A stretch of 64,000 nucleotides of DNA from an uncultured Oscillospiraceae bacterium (GTDB lineage Bacteria > Bacillota > Clostridia > UMGS1883), in NCBI GenBank assembly GCA_964385605.1, contig CAYLPQ010000003.1, positions 8,203-72,202 on the forward strand, read 5' to 3'. Below are positions 9,055-18,781 of the stretch, one piece after another. The stretch's first letter is position 1. Each line of letters starts with the position of its first letter. The notes under the pieces were generated by a model. That model worked only from the letters and a program-made list of their open reading frames with translations, was not told the DNA's origin and did not search any database. The position numbers and the translations under genes are program-made.

Positions 9055-11361
9055 TTATTCCAGTATTATTCCTTCATACGAAGTTCCGCCTGATGTCTGA
9101 TACATATTTTTAAAGCAGTATGTCACACCGCTTGATGTGATATTAAACGAAAGATACTGCATATTTTCGACTATACTTTTTACCGAGCCGCAATCCTTGG
9201 AATCGGCAACGGAAATATAACGGACTCCGTTTTTCAATTTCACGGCATTTTCATCACCGCAGTAAACTACAAATACATTTTTGTTCTTTGCGGCAGTTTG
9301 TATCATATTGTCAAAAGCGACACCGTCAATATATGCCTCAAATCCCGGCTCTGAATCAAAAAGCAAAATCAGATTCTTCTGTGCCGCGCCAGAGAGAACT
9401 GTATTAAGCTGTGACCACTGATTTCCGCGGCTGAATAAGCCTTTGTCAGACAAATCAACGGAAACAACCTTTGTATTCTCATAATTGTGCTCGCTCCAGG
9501 TTTGCGCCGTTATGGAAGAAATTCCGTCAGGGGTAAATTCGTTTATAAATTCACCGCCGACTATTGCCGAGGCACCGCCCTCGCGGAAAAGCTTCATTCC
9601 CTGTGCGTAAATAAGCCTATCAATAAGAGTTGTTGACGGGGTACTTGCGAGAACATTAAATGAAAATCCTCCGGACTCATTTTTGTACAATTCATCATTT
9701 GTCACTGCGTTAAGGATGGGGGCATCATACTCCCCGCAGGTGATTTTTATGCTGTTAAATGCGCTTCCGTAAGAAAAGGTGAGGTTTCCGCCGCCTTCAC
9801 GGAGAGCCTTTACACTATTTCCAGAAAGGGATATAAACGAGGAATCGTACACAGGATTAAGCAGTCCGAGGTTATTCACCGTTGCAGTATTTCCGTATTT
9901 ATCAAATACACAAACACCTTTTATCGTAGCACTTTCGCCTGTATTAAGAGTGAAAGCCGCAGGTGCTGTTATTCCGCACACATCGCTGATAACGGTAATC
10001 TCGCAGGAGTCGGTTACTTTTCCGTTATAGTAAAGCTCAAGCACTGTTTTTCCATCGCCCGACGCATAATAAATATCGTCCCTGACAGATCCGCTTCCCT
10101 CTGCCACTTTCCACTCATAAGGGTAAGGGGTTGAAACGGGTTTGTTGAAGTTCACATCGTAAGGGATAAGGTTAAGCTTCACACTGTCTCCGGAAAGAAC
10201 ATATTCACTTGCAGGACTTACATAAAATCCCACTGTCTCACCGCTTTGTGCTGTAGAAGTAACAGCAACTGCGTTTATTACCTTACGGTTTTCCGACGGG
10301 CTGTTAATATGGTGAAGCTCGCTGTTTGAAAGAGTTTTTGCAACCATCGCCGTAGAACCGCCGCCATCGAAATTCATGGCATTAACCATACCTGCTTCAA
10401 GGCATATGTCAGCAAGTGTTCCCAGAGTAACACCGCGGCTTATAGTCTGCCGTCCGTCAACAGTCAGAAGATATACAACTGTTCCGTCAGCATTTGTACC
10501 GATTGCCGTACGGGGGTTGTTGCCGGCAACATCGTGAGTTATTGTTGTTTTTACACCATCTTTAAGAAGAAGTGTACCTCCGCCAAAGGCGGTGTCAACA
10601 TCTTTTATAAGCTCTGCTTCACTCAAAGACACATTCACATTGTCACCTACATTGAAGTTATACTCCAGAAAAGGCGTCATATTATCATCAATTACAAGAA
10701 TATAGCCGTTTTCAGGAATCTGTATCGTTCCACCCTGACTTACACCCTTTGCCGTAACAATATCGTTTTCCACGGTAAGCGCCGTTATTCCCACAGGCAA
10801 AAACGGGGAAATGCCACCGTTAAATTCCGCAGTATACATAAGAACTGCACCGTAATAGTCTGTAGGCTTGTTAATATGCGCAAGGGCTGACGATGCACCA
10901 TTTGGCGCAGTTACGGTTCCTGTAAATTCAAGATAAGAAAACGCAAGGGAATTGTCACGGAAAAAGCCTGCCGCCATATCGGAATTAATATGGGACTGCA
11001 GAAGCTCCCCGTCCTTTACTTCAAGACCCAGGCTGAAGTTCTGATTGCCTTTATAAGCCGAAAAAAAGTCTGCATTTGTTGCCGCAACAACGTTTTGTCC
11101 GGCTTTTGCAAGGTTGATTACCGTATCAACCTTGTCACATCCTCCGGAATTTTTCAGAAGGTCCAGAGAAATATACTCGTTTTTTAAGTCAGCCGTAATA
11201 AGATTTATATTAAGGGAATAATCACCGTAAAATTTCTGTATGTTCGTACGGGTTACTCCGCCTGTTATAGTTTCTTGAGTAGTTTTTGTGTAAAGAGGCT
11301 GTGCAAATACACTTTGACAAAAAAGCATAAACACAGCAAAAAAAGAAATCAGCTTTTTCAC
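9055..11361 (-). CDS. secreted phosphodiester glycosidase (NAGPA/DUF2233) family protein with Ig-like repeats
   Basis: Signal peptide MKKLISFFAVFMLFCQSVFA and core motif AIGTNADGTVVYLLTVDGRQ...MNFDGGGSTAMV. GTG start 8 nt after AAGGAGG. Confidence 0.8.
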   Translation of the reverse strand: MKKLISFFAVFMLFCQSVFAQPLYTKTTQETITGGVTRTNIQKFYGDYSLNINLITADLKNEYISLDLLKNSGGCDKVDTVINLAKAGQNVVAATNADFFSAYKGNQNFSLGLEVKDGELLQSHINSDMAAGFFRDNSLAFSYLEFTGTVTAPNGASSALAHINKPTDYYGAVLMYTAEFNGGISPFLPVGITALTVENDIVTAKGVSQGGTIQIPENGYILVIDDNMTPFLEYNFNVGDNVNVSLSEAELIKDVDTAFGGGTLLLKDGVKTTITHDVAGNNPRTAIGTNADGTVVYLLTVDGRQTISRGVTLGTLADICLEAGMVNAMNFDGGGSTAMVAKTLSNSELHHINSPSENRKVINAVAVTSTAQSGETVGFYVSPASEYVLSGDSVKLNLIPYDVNFNKPVSTPYPYEWKVAEGSGSVRDDIYYASGDGKTVLELYYNGKVTDSCEITVISDVCGITAPAAFTLNTGESATIKGVCVFDKYGNTATVNNLGLLNPVYDSSFISLSGNSVKALREGGGNLTFSYGSAFNSIKITCGEYDAPILNAVTNDELYKNESGGFSFNVLASTPSTTLIDRLIYAQGMKLFREGGASAIVGGEFINEFTPDGISSITAQTWSEHNYENTKVVSVDLSDKGLFSRGNQWSQLNTVLSGAAQKNLILLFDSEPGFEAYIDGVAFDNMIQTAAKNKNVFVVYCGDENAVKLKNGVRYISVADSKDCGSVKSIVENMQYLSFNITSSGVTYCFKNMYQTSGGTSYEGIILE

Positions 11362-11366
11362 AAAAG

Positions 11367-12113
11367 TTACCTCCTTTTTGCTTTCTGAATGTTATACAGC
11401 ATCCTTACCGTAACGGATTCCGGCAAAATTTTTGACAGAATTCTGGTTGTTTTCATTGTTAATTCGGGAATAACGGTTTTCTTTCCTTTGAGCATACCGT
11501 TAACAGCTTTCCGAGCGGCATATTCTGCCGATATTGCCTTTTTCCCAAGATTTGACCCGGACACCTTACCAAACTCTGTCTCCACAGGTCCGGGGCAAAA
11601 AACAGTTATACTTACAGGGATTTTTTTATGCCGAAGCTCCTCATTGACAGCATTGCTTAATCGAAGAACATATGCCTTTGACGCATAGTATGACGATAAA
11701 AACGGACCCGAAAAAAATGCCGCAGATGATGCCACATTCAGGATTTTTCCACCGCGAGCGGACATTAAGGGAATATATTTTTTCATCAGGAAATGAAGGG
11801 CACGGATATTGACGTCCAGCATCTGACTTTCTCTGTCAAAATCCGAACTGCAAAATTCTCCATACACACCAAAGCCTGCGTTGTTCACAAGTATATCAAT
11901 GTCAGGATAGTTTTTCACAAGGGCTTCAAGCTCTGCCATATCCGAAAGGTCGGCTGTAACAATCTCACTCTTTGTTTTAATGGATTCTGCCACCGCCTGA
12001 AGGCGGTCTGTCCGCCTTGCAACAAGGATTGTTTCATATCCTTTTTCCGAAAGGACCTTTGCAATCTCTGCGCCTATTCCCGAGCTTGCCCCTGTTATAA
12101 GTGCCTTTGCCAT
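11367..12113 (-). CDS. SDR-family oxidoreductase
   Basis: TGASSGIG cofactor motif, NNAG, and YxxxK (YYASKAY). Confidence 0.9.
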   Translation of the reverse strand: MAKALITGASSGIGAEIAKVLSEKGYETILVARRTDRLQAVAESIKTKSEIVTADLSDMAELEALVKNYPDIDILVNNAGFGVYGEFCSSDFDRESQMLDVNIRALHFLMKKYIPLMSARGGKILNVASSAAFFSGPFLSSYYASKAYVLRLSNAVNEELRHKKIPVSITVFCPGPVETEFGKVSGSNLGKKAISAEYAARKAVNGMLKGKKTVIPELTMKTTRILSKILPESVTVRMLYNIQKAKRR

Positions 12114-12766
12114 TAATACCCGAGCTCCTCATTTACTAAAATTACATGAATTCTGTCCTTGTCGCGCTGGTAGCCTGTCACTACATAATTACAGCATATT
12201 CTGCCGTCACCGTGACATCCGTCTGCCATAGAGCCTTTTATCCCCGCACATATGCCCGTCTCGTGGCAGGGAGTTTCGCAGGAAAGTCGCTGACAGTTTG
12301 CAGGTGCACCATAGCATTTAACCTGTGCTACAGCTTCGTCAAGATCCTTTACAACCTTGTTTCTGCCGACAATAAGAACCACTTTGTCGGGTCCGTGGCA
12401 GATGCAGGCAACACGGTTTGAGTTACCATCTACGTTATAAAGCTCGCCTTTTTCCGTGATTGCATTTACGGAGCACATATAAAAATCCGCAGAAAAGCTC
12501 TGTCTGTAAAGAGCCTTTTTATCAGCTACTGCCTCACGGTCAAGATAGTTATATTTTCCACTACGGAGAACTGCCATCATACCGCACTCCTCAAGGGTCA
12601 TAGAGCCGCCGCTTGCAATTGTAGCCCCCTCTTTAATAATGGAGGTTGCAATCTCTACAGCCTCTTCCTTTGTCTGTGCTATATAGCCGTTCATATTGTT
12701 GTTTTTTAGACTTGATTTAACTCTTTCAAGCTGCTTTGTAATAGCAGTTCTTTTGTTATTATCCAT
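12113..12766 (-). CDS. LUD-domain (lactate-utilisation LutC/YkgG-like) protein with Cys-rich C-terminus
   Basis: DUF162/LUD-like fold (ATIASGGSMTLEECG...NSNRV). C-terminal cysteine cluster CETPCHETGICAGI...CHGDGRICCNY. Confidence 0.7.
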   Translation of the reverse strand: MDNNKRTAITKQLERVKSSLKNNNMNGYIAQTKEEAVEIATSIIKEGATIASGGSMTLEECGMMAVLRSGKYNYLDREAVADKKALYRQSFSADFYMCSVNAITEKGELYNVDGNSNRVACICHGPDKVVLIVGRNKVVKDLDEAVAQVKCYGAPANCQRLSCETPCHETGICAGIKGSMADGCHGDGRICCNYVVTGYQRDKDRIHVILVNEELGY

Positions 12767-12768
12767 AA

Positions 12769-13035
12769 TTAACCCTCCTGAACCTTGAAACTATCTTCAG
12801 GAAGAACTCTTATAGCAACACCCAACTCGTCGCCTACCTTTTCAAGCGCTACTGTAAGTTCATCCATGGAAAGAGTGCTGTTTTCCATATCAATCAGAGC
12901 TATCATAGTAAAAAGATTCTGCATAAGCTTCTGTGAAATGTCGAGAATGTTGATATTTTTCTCGTAAAAAAGTCCGCTGACTCTTGCTATGATACCTGTT
13001 TTGTCTTTTCCTACTACTGTTACTACTGCACGCAT
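12769..13035 (-). CDS. ACT-domain protein (UPF0237-like)
   Basis: 88 aa. MRAVVTVVGKDKTGIIARVSG is typical of stand-alone ACT proteins. Confidence 0.8.
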   Translation of the reverse strand: MRAVVTVVGKDKTGIIARVSGLFYEKNINILDISQKLMQNLFTMIALIDMENSTLSMDELTVALEKVGDELGVAIRVLPEDSFKVQEG

Positions 13036-13060
13036 AATTTAAACCTCCGTTTTTTTAAGT

Positions 13061-13095
13061 TTGAAATGTGAAATTCGAATTTCGCACTTCGCATT
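13061..13095 (-). repeat. tandem heptamer array (5 units)
   Basis: Plus-strand units: TTGAAAT GTGAAAT TCGAATT TCGCACT TCGCATT. Same family as 20884-20918, 20992-21019, 36373-36393 and 43235-43262. Confidence 0.7.
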
Positions 13096-13107
13096 TAATT
13101 TTTGCCT

Positions 13108-13139
13108 TTTTGCGCTCTGGAGCTTTTTAACATCTCCGT
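13108..13139 (-). repeat. stop-adjacent conserved box, copy A
   Basis: Minus-strand reading is TAA-AC-GGAGATGTTAAAAAGCTCCAGAGCGCAAAA, directly after the rlmB stop. 28/29 identical to 50183-50211. Confidence 0.8.
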
Positions 13140-13871
13140 TTATCTTCCTTGTCTTACTGCTTCATATATAAAAAGCGATGCCGCAATCGACGCATTAAGG
13201 GAATTTACATTGCCCCTCATTGGGATTTTAACCTTGAAATCGCATTTTTCCAGAACAAGACGGCTTATACCCTCACCCTCAGAGCCGATAACGATTGCCA
13301 CTGCACCCTTGAGGTCAGCATCAAACAATTCCTTGTCTCCCGATGCGTCTGCGCCCGTTACCCAGATGTTTTTCTTCTTTAAGTCATCAATTGTTTTTGC
13401 AAGGCTGGCAACTCTTGCCACGGGGGTATACTCCACTGCGCCTGCAGATGCCTTGGCACAGGTTGCCGTAAGGGACGCGGAATCGTGCTTCGATATTATA
13501 ATACCGTGAACTCCTGCGCAGTTTGCCGTTCTGATGATAGAGCCCAGATTACGGGGGTCGGCAATTTTGTCAAGGATTATGATGAAAGGGGGCTCTCCCT
13601 TTTCCTCTGCTATGCGGAGTATATCGTCAACAGTTTTATACTCTGCCGCCGCACAAACCGCAATAACACCCTGATGCGCCCCTGTCTCACTCATTTCGTC
13701 AAGCTTACGGGGGTCGGCTTCGCTTATTTGTATGCCCTTTTCCTTTGCCATACGGATTATGGGAATAATGCTTCCGTGCTTATCGCCCTTTTTTACATAA
13801 ATCTTGTCTATATTTCTCCCGCTTTTAAGGGCTTCTGTAACGGGATTTCTGCCCTCTATTTTATCTGTCAT
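13140..13871 (-). CDS. rlmB: 23S rRNA (guanosine-2'-O-)-methyltransferase RlmB (SpoU/TrmH family)
   Basis: SpoU_sub_bind N-terminus plus SpoU motifs (LDKIADPRNLGSIIRTA, AIVIGSEGEGIS, SLNASIAASL). Confidence 0.9.
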   Translation of the reverse strand: MTDKIEGRNPVTEALKSGRNIDKIYVKKGDKHGSIIPIIRMAKEKGIQISEADPRKLDEMSETGAHQGVIAVCAAAEYKTVDDILRIAEEKGEPPFIIILDKIADPRNLGSIIRTANCAGVHGIIISKHDSASLTATCAKASAGAVEYTPVARVASLAKTIDDLKKKNIWVTGADASGDKELFDADLKGAVAIVIGSEGEGISRLVLEKCDFKVKIPMRGNVNSLNASIAASLFIYEAVRQGR

Positions 13872-13989
13872 AATGGATTCCTCCTTTGTTGCAAATCTGA
13901 AAATTTCTGTTTTTCAACCTGATTACAAACAGTCAAAACTCTGTCAGTAAATCATTATATCATACTTTCGGAGAAATTTCACTGTTTTT

Positions 13990-16068
13990 TTAATATAAAT
14001 TTGCAGTTAATTCTTTTTCTTTTTTCAATATTTTACCGTTTGTTACATTTATGAGCTCTTTTTCTGTGTGAAAATCTGCTCCCGAAAGCTTCAGATAGTC
14101 GCAATCTATAGGGAGAGGAGACTTTTTCAGCTCCTCAATACCGCTATAGCCTATTGCCTGCATAAAGACAAAGGTTTTTCCCATATATTCTATTTCCACT
14201 ACTGCGTTTTCATTCCCGACGTGATTAAGACTGTAAAGCTTTATATATGCATTTTTGCACCAAAAGACCTCATTTTCCTGAAGATATATTATCTGCACTC
14301 CCTGTTTTTTAAAAGATTCTATCTTTTGTCTTTCGCTGTCGGTATTGAAAGCAAATTCAGGCACAATTACAGTTCCTGCAAAGCCATTGTCTGCAAGCCT
14401 TTGCAGATTTCCGATATACGATGTAGTAAAAATAATATAGTCATATTGCGATTTCCCGTGATTTTCTGCCATGCTGATTGCTGTGGAGGATTGGTGACAA
14501 TCTATAAGAACCGACTCCCCGTCAGGAAAAAATGCCGCCGTCATTTCCCTTGAGCCGTAATTGACAAAATACATATTGATACGGTTTTTACTCTGCATTT
14601 CTGCACTCGTTACGACAAAAAATACTATCATAAATACCGCTGTTATCCTAAAAAGTATGTCTGTATTTATGTTTTTTGCAAAAATCATTATCATAATAAA
14701 CAGCCACGCAATGACAATGCTCCATTTCAGACTGAACGAAATTATTGCAAAAGGCAGCTTCCCTACAATGTTGCACACAGCCACAATACCCGTCAGGCAA
14801 CATTTTTCAGCAATTGCTGCCACCGTACCCAACAAAGGAATTTTATCCACGATAACCAACACCATCCCTGCAACAATTGACAGATTTGCAAAGGGTGTTA
14901 CCAGAAGATTGGAAAGAACGGAATAAGGGGTCAGTATGCCAAAGTAATACAGCACGGGAATTGTAACCGTCAGCTGTGCACTTACGGTTACAGCTATAAC
15001 CTCTGCCACGAAGCCCGGCAGATAGCGGGATATTACAGAGGATACCTTTTTATTAAAAAGAAATATTCCAATCACCGCAGCCACCGACAACACAAAGCCT
15101 GCGTTAAAAACTATGTAGGGATTAAATAATGTCATCAGAAGAACCGATACGGAAAGGGAGGTCAACGGGTCATTTTCCCGCCGTAAAATACGCGCCAGGG
15201 AGTACATTATACACATTATGCAGGCACGCACAACAGATGCACCTGCGCCCGTAAGAAGTGTTATTGCAATAATTACAGGAATTGAAAAGGCACTGCCCCG
15301 CCTGCGCCTGCCGAAAAGCCTTCCAAGAAATATCATCACTGCTTCAACAACCACCGAAAGATGCATTCCGGATACCGCGGCAATATGATTAAGTCCTGCT
15401 TTCTGCAATTTGTCGGTGAGATTATCGTCCATAAGATGCTTGTCTCCAAATACTATTGAATTAAAAAGCGCCCGTGCTTCACCTGCAAACCGGGCTTCAC
15501 CAACATTGTTCATATATCTGCGGACACTGTAAACAACGCCCTTTATTCCCGACCTTTCCTGTCCGCAAATCTGCACGTCATTAACGTCACCGTAAAGATA
15601 TATTCTGCGACTTAAAAGGTATTCCGAAAAGCCCGATGGACTTACTTTGTCAGAATACGGTTCACTGAAAGATATTCGCGTTTTTATAATATCGCCGGGC
15701 TTAAGCTCTGTCGGTTCTTCCATATAAAAATAGACCTTGTGGATTTTCCCCTGGGAATTAAATTCCGCAACTGCATTTGCTCTCTCCGAAAATTCTGTAA
15801 CTGTCATAGTCTGAATTTGGTTTTTGCCGTCAAATTCTCTTAAAACATCATCTTTAGTTCTTTGCGCCATAGTTGTACGCAGGCATCCTGCAAGAAGAAA
15901 AATAAGGCACAGGAAAATAAACGGCATTTTATCACTTTTATAAAGAAATACCGCCACGGAAAATATGAACCCTGCGCCGCAAATCAGCAATACATCTATA
16001 TTGAAAATTGTAAGTAAAACTCCCGCAACAAAAAAGCAGGTTGCCGCAAGCAAGGGACGTTTACTCAT
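13990..16068 (-). CDS. comEC: ComEC/Rec2-family DNA internalisation protein
   Basis: 692 aa. Polytopic competence domain (AGLNHIAAVSGMHLSVV). The C-terminal lactamase-like region has no HxHxDH string. Confidence 0.85.
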   Translation of the reverse strand: MSKRPLLAATCFFVAGVLLTIFNIDVLLICGAGFIFSVAVFLYKSDKMPFIFLCLIFLLAGCLRTTMAQRTKDDVLREFDGKNQIQTMTVTEFSERANAVAEFNSQGKIHKVYFYMEEPTELKPGDIIKTRISFSEPYSDKVSPSGFSEYLLSRRIYLYGDVNDVQICGQERSGIKGVVYSVRRYMNNVGEARFAGEARALFNSIVFGDKHLMDDNLTDKLQKAGLNHIAAVSGMHLSVVVEAVMIFLGRLFGRRRRGSAFSIPVIIAITLLTGAGASVVRACIMCIMYSLARILRRENDPLTSLSVSVLLMTLFNPYIVFNAGFVLSVAAVIGIFLFNKKVSSVISRYLPGFVAEVIAVTVSAQLTVTIPVLYYFGILTPYSVLSNLLVTPFANLSIVAGMVLVIVDKIPLLGTVAAIAEKCCLTGIVAVCNIVGKLPFAIISFSLKWSIVIAWLFIMIMIFAKNINTDILFRITAVFMIVFFVVTSAEMQSKNRINMYFVNYGSREMTAAFFPDGESVLIDCHQSSTAISMAENHGKSQYDYIIFTTSYIGNLQRLADNGFAGTVIVPEFAFNTDSERQKIESFKKQGVQIIYLQENEVFWCKNAYIKLYSLNHVGNENAVVEIEYMGKTFVFMQAIGYSGIEELKKSPLPIDCDYLKLSGADFHTEKELINVTNGKILKKEKELTANLY

Positions 16069-16088
16069 AATATCTCCCCAAACAGAAA

Positions 16089-16113
16089 GGGATGTAAAAA
16101 GTTTTTACATCCC
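16089..16113 (-). terminator. rho-independent terminator after lysC
   Basis: gggatgtaaaaa / tttttacatccc stem, with a T-rich tract on the minus strand. The stem core is shared with the terminator at 57404-57445. Confidence 0.75.
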
Positions 16114-16162
16114 CTTTTTACCGTATAAGATTCTGCGCAAAATTAATCAGTGTGCAACCTGA

Positions 16163-17374
16163 TTAATCATGAAGGTTAAATTTGCTGTGGATTGCACGAA
16201 CAGCATTTTCAGCATCCTTCTGGTCGATGAGAACACTTACTCTGATTTCACTTGTGGAAATCATATGAATGTTAATGCCTGCATCATAAAGAGCCTCAAA
16301 CATTGTTGCGGCAACACCGGGGTTGGATGTCATACCTGCACCTACAACAGAAACCTTTGAAACTGTGTCATCGTGCAGAACCTTTTCACAACCGATGATA
16401 GCATTATTCTCGTTAATGATGTTGAGAGCCGCCTCAAGGTCACTCTGGCTTACGGTGAAGCTGATATCCTTGCTTCCGTCACGGCCGATAGACTGCAGGA
16501 TTACGTCTACATTGATTTTCTTCTTTGCAAGAATTGAGAAAATCTGGAATGCCTTGCCGGGCTTATCGTCTATATTTACAAGAGCAATTCTTGCGACGTC
16601 ATTGTCGCGGGCAATACCTCTGATTAACATTTTTTCCACTGTGTTTTCCTCCTTAACTATTGTTCCGGGCACTTTTTCAAAGCTCGAAAGCACTTCCATA
16701 TTGATATTAAATTTCTTTGCAAGCTCCACACTTCTGTTGTGGAGTACGTTTGCGCCTGCACTTGCCAGTTCAAGCATTTCGTCATAAGTAATTTCGTTAA
16801 GCTTGAATGCTTCAGGCACGATTCTGGGGTCAGCTGTGTAAACACCTGTTACATCGGTGAATATCTGACAAAGGTCCGCACCGAGAGCCGCCGCAATTGC
16901 AACAGCCGATGTATCAGAGCCGCCACGACCGAGAGTTGTAATATCATCATACTTATTAATACCCTGGAAGCCTGCCACGATAACGATTTTCTTTTTATCA
17001 AGCTCAAGCTGTATTCTTTCACCGACAACTCTTTTGATTCTTGCTTTTGAATAGTTACTGTCAGTATTCATTCCTGCCTGCCAGCCTGTAAGTGAAACAA
17101 CAGGTCTGCCCAGTTTTTCAATAGCCATTGCAAGAAGTGACATTGAAATCTGCTCACCTGCAGAAAGAAGAACATCCATCTCTCTTTTTGATGCGCCCTT
17201 GTTTATTTCAGCAGCTTTCGCAATAAGGTCATCTGTTGTGTCACCCTGTGCAGAAACTACTACAACCACGTCATTGCCCTGGTCATAGGTTTCTATAACA
17301 CGGTTTGCAACGTTAAATACCTTCTGTGCATCGGCAACACTGCTACCGCCGAATTTCTGTACTATTAAACCCAT
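16163..17374 (-). CDS. lysC: aspartate kinase
   Basis: MGLIVQKFGGSSV N-terminus, an amino-acid kinase domain, and two C-terminal ACT domains. Confidence 0.95.
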   Translation of the reverse strand: MGLIVQKFGGSSVADAQKVFNVANRVIETYDQGNDVVVVVSAQGDTTDDLIAKAAEINKGASKREMDVLLSAGEQISMSLLAMAIEKLGRPVVSLTGWQAGMNTDSNYSKARIKRVVGERIQLELDKKKIVIVAGFQGINKYDDITTLGRGGSDTSAVAIAAALGADLCQIFTDVTGVYTADPRIVPEAFKLNEITYDEMLELASAGANVLHNRSVELAKKFNINMEVLSSFEKVPGTIVKEENTVEKMLIRGIARDNDVARIALVNIDDKPGKAFQIFSILAKKKINVDVILQSIGRDGSKDISFTVSQSDLEAALNIINENNAIIGCEKVLHDDTVSKVSVVGAGMTSNPGVAATMFEALYDAGINIHMISTSEIRVSVLIDQKDAENAVRAIHSKFNLHD

Positions 17375-17389
17375 ATATATACCTCCTGT

Positions 17390-18610
17390 TTATCTGAACA
17401 ACCTCATTTTTGATACGACTTCTATGCCCGAGAGCTTATTTTCAAGCTCGCTTACTTTCATAAGGGGAGCTACAAAGCCGTAATCCGATACACCCTTTAT
17501 AATCTCTACATCGCCAAATGCTTCTTTAACCGCGTCTTTCTCACTTTCGTTTATGCGGACAAAGAACTTTGCCTCAACATCCTCATAGGGGATAACGGCA
17601 CTGTCGTCACCGTCAACCCATGTGAAGTAGGGATTATATTCAGGACTTCTCACTATATCTACAATGTCGCCAACAACTGCGCTTGCTGTGGGAAGCTTAC
17701 CTGCGCCTCTGCCGTAGAACATGAGATTATCTACCATATTACCCTTAACCAGAACACCGTTGAACACATCAACAACACTTGCAAGAGGACAGCTTTCGGG
17801 GATAAGCATAGGCTCAACGGACGCATTTGCCTTGCCGTCTTTCACATAGCCGTTACCGATAAGCTTGATTGTACAACCGATTGCCGCCGCGTAGGTCACA
17901 TCCTCCGCAGTGATATTTCTGATACCTACGGTATGAACATTTTCGGAATTGATTTTCTTTCCTGTAGCAAGTGACATAAGAATTGAAATTTTTCTTGATG
18001 CGTCAATACCGTCAACGTCTGCCGTGGGGTCTTTTTCCGCATAGCCAAGCTCCTGGGCGGTTTTAAGAGCCGCTTCAAAGCTGTCGTTTTCGCGGAACAT
18101 CTTTGTTAAAATGTAGTTTGTCGTTCCGTTAAGAATACCGGAAATCTCTACAACCTCATTAGCACTGACATCGTTTGCGAGAGGACGGATTATGGGAATA
18201 CCGCCGCCAACTGATGCCTCGTAAAGATAGCGGACATTGTTTTCCTGTGCAATACGGAAAAATTCGTCGCCGTGCGCTGCCACAAGCTCCTTATTACTTG
18301 TAACAACACTCTTTCCTGCTGAAAGCAGTGCTTTTGTATAGTCATAGGCGAACTTTATTCCGCCCATAGTCTCTACAACAATGCTGATTTCGGAATCGTT
18401 TAAAAGGTCGTTAAAGTCTTTTGTGAAAATACCGCTTTCCTCATGGTCGGAAAAATCACGGATATCAAGAACTTTCTTAATATCAATTTCCTCACCAGCT
18501 TTTTTGGTGAGAATCTGTTTATTTTTCCTGATAATTTCGTATACTCCCGAGCCTACAACTCCGAAGCCTATTATAGCAATTTTTTTCATCTGTATGCCTT
18601 CCTTTGTCAT
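17390..18610 (-). CDS. hom: homoserine dehydrogenase
   Basis: NAD-binding IAIIGFGVVGSG, a homoserine dehydrogenase catalytic domain, and a C-terminal ACT-like tail. Confidence 0.95.
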   Translation of the reverse strand: MTKEGIQMKKIAIIGFGVVGSGVYEIIRKNKQILTKKAGEEIDIKKVLDIRDFSDHEESGIFTKDFNDLLNDSEISIVVETMGGIKFAYDYTKALLSAGKSVVTSNKELVAAHGDEFFRIAQENNVRYLYEASVGGGIPIIRPLANDVSANEVVEISGILNGTTNYILTKMFRENDSFEAALKTAQELGYAEKDPTADVDGIDASRKISILMSLATGKKINSENVHTVGIRNITAEDVTYAAAIGCTIKLIGNGYVKDGKANASVEPMLIPESCPLASVVDVFNGVLVKGNMVDNLMFYGRGAGKLPTASAVVGDIVDIVRSPEYNPYFTWVDGDDSAVIPYEDVEAKFFVRINESEKDAVKEAFGDVEIIKGVSDYGFVAPLMKVSELENKLSGIEVVSKMRLFR

Positions 18611-18760
18611 AATAGAAATATTTTCGTCAGAAACTTTTCATTTTGGTGGGGATAGGAAAAATCTGCGAACGGACAAACAATTTATACAATGTAGGGCAGG
18701 GGCTCTTATGCCGAAAAGCGGAACGAGCAAGCCCGTTCCCTACAAACGCATTGCCTGTTC

Positions 18761-18781
18761 CGGGCAATTTTAACATCCGTC
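18761..18781 (-). repeat. stop-adjacent conserved box, copy D
   Basis: Minus-strand reading is TAA-GACGGATGTTAAAATTGCCCGG, directly after the ACT-gene stop. The 17 nt GATGTTAAAATTGCCCG are identical to copy B (21028-21047). Confidence 0.75.

Noticed and set aside
13102-13509. 135-aa plus-strand ORF beginning in the rlmB-ACT spacer.
   Set aside because: It is antisense to rlmB, which has clear SpoU motifs, and has no independent support.
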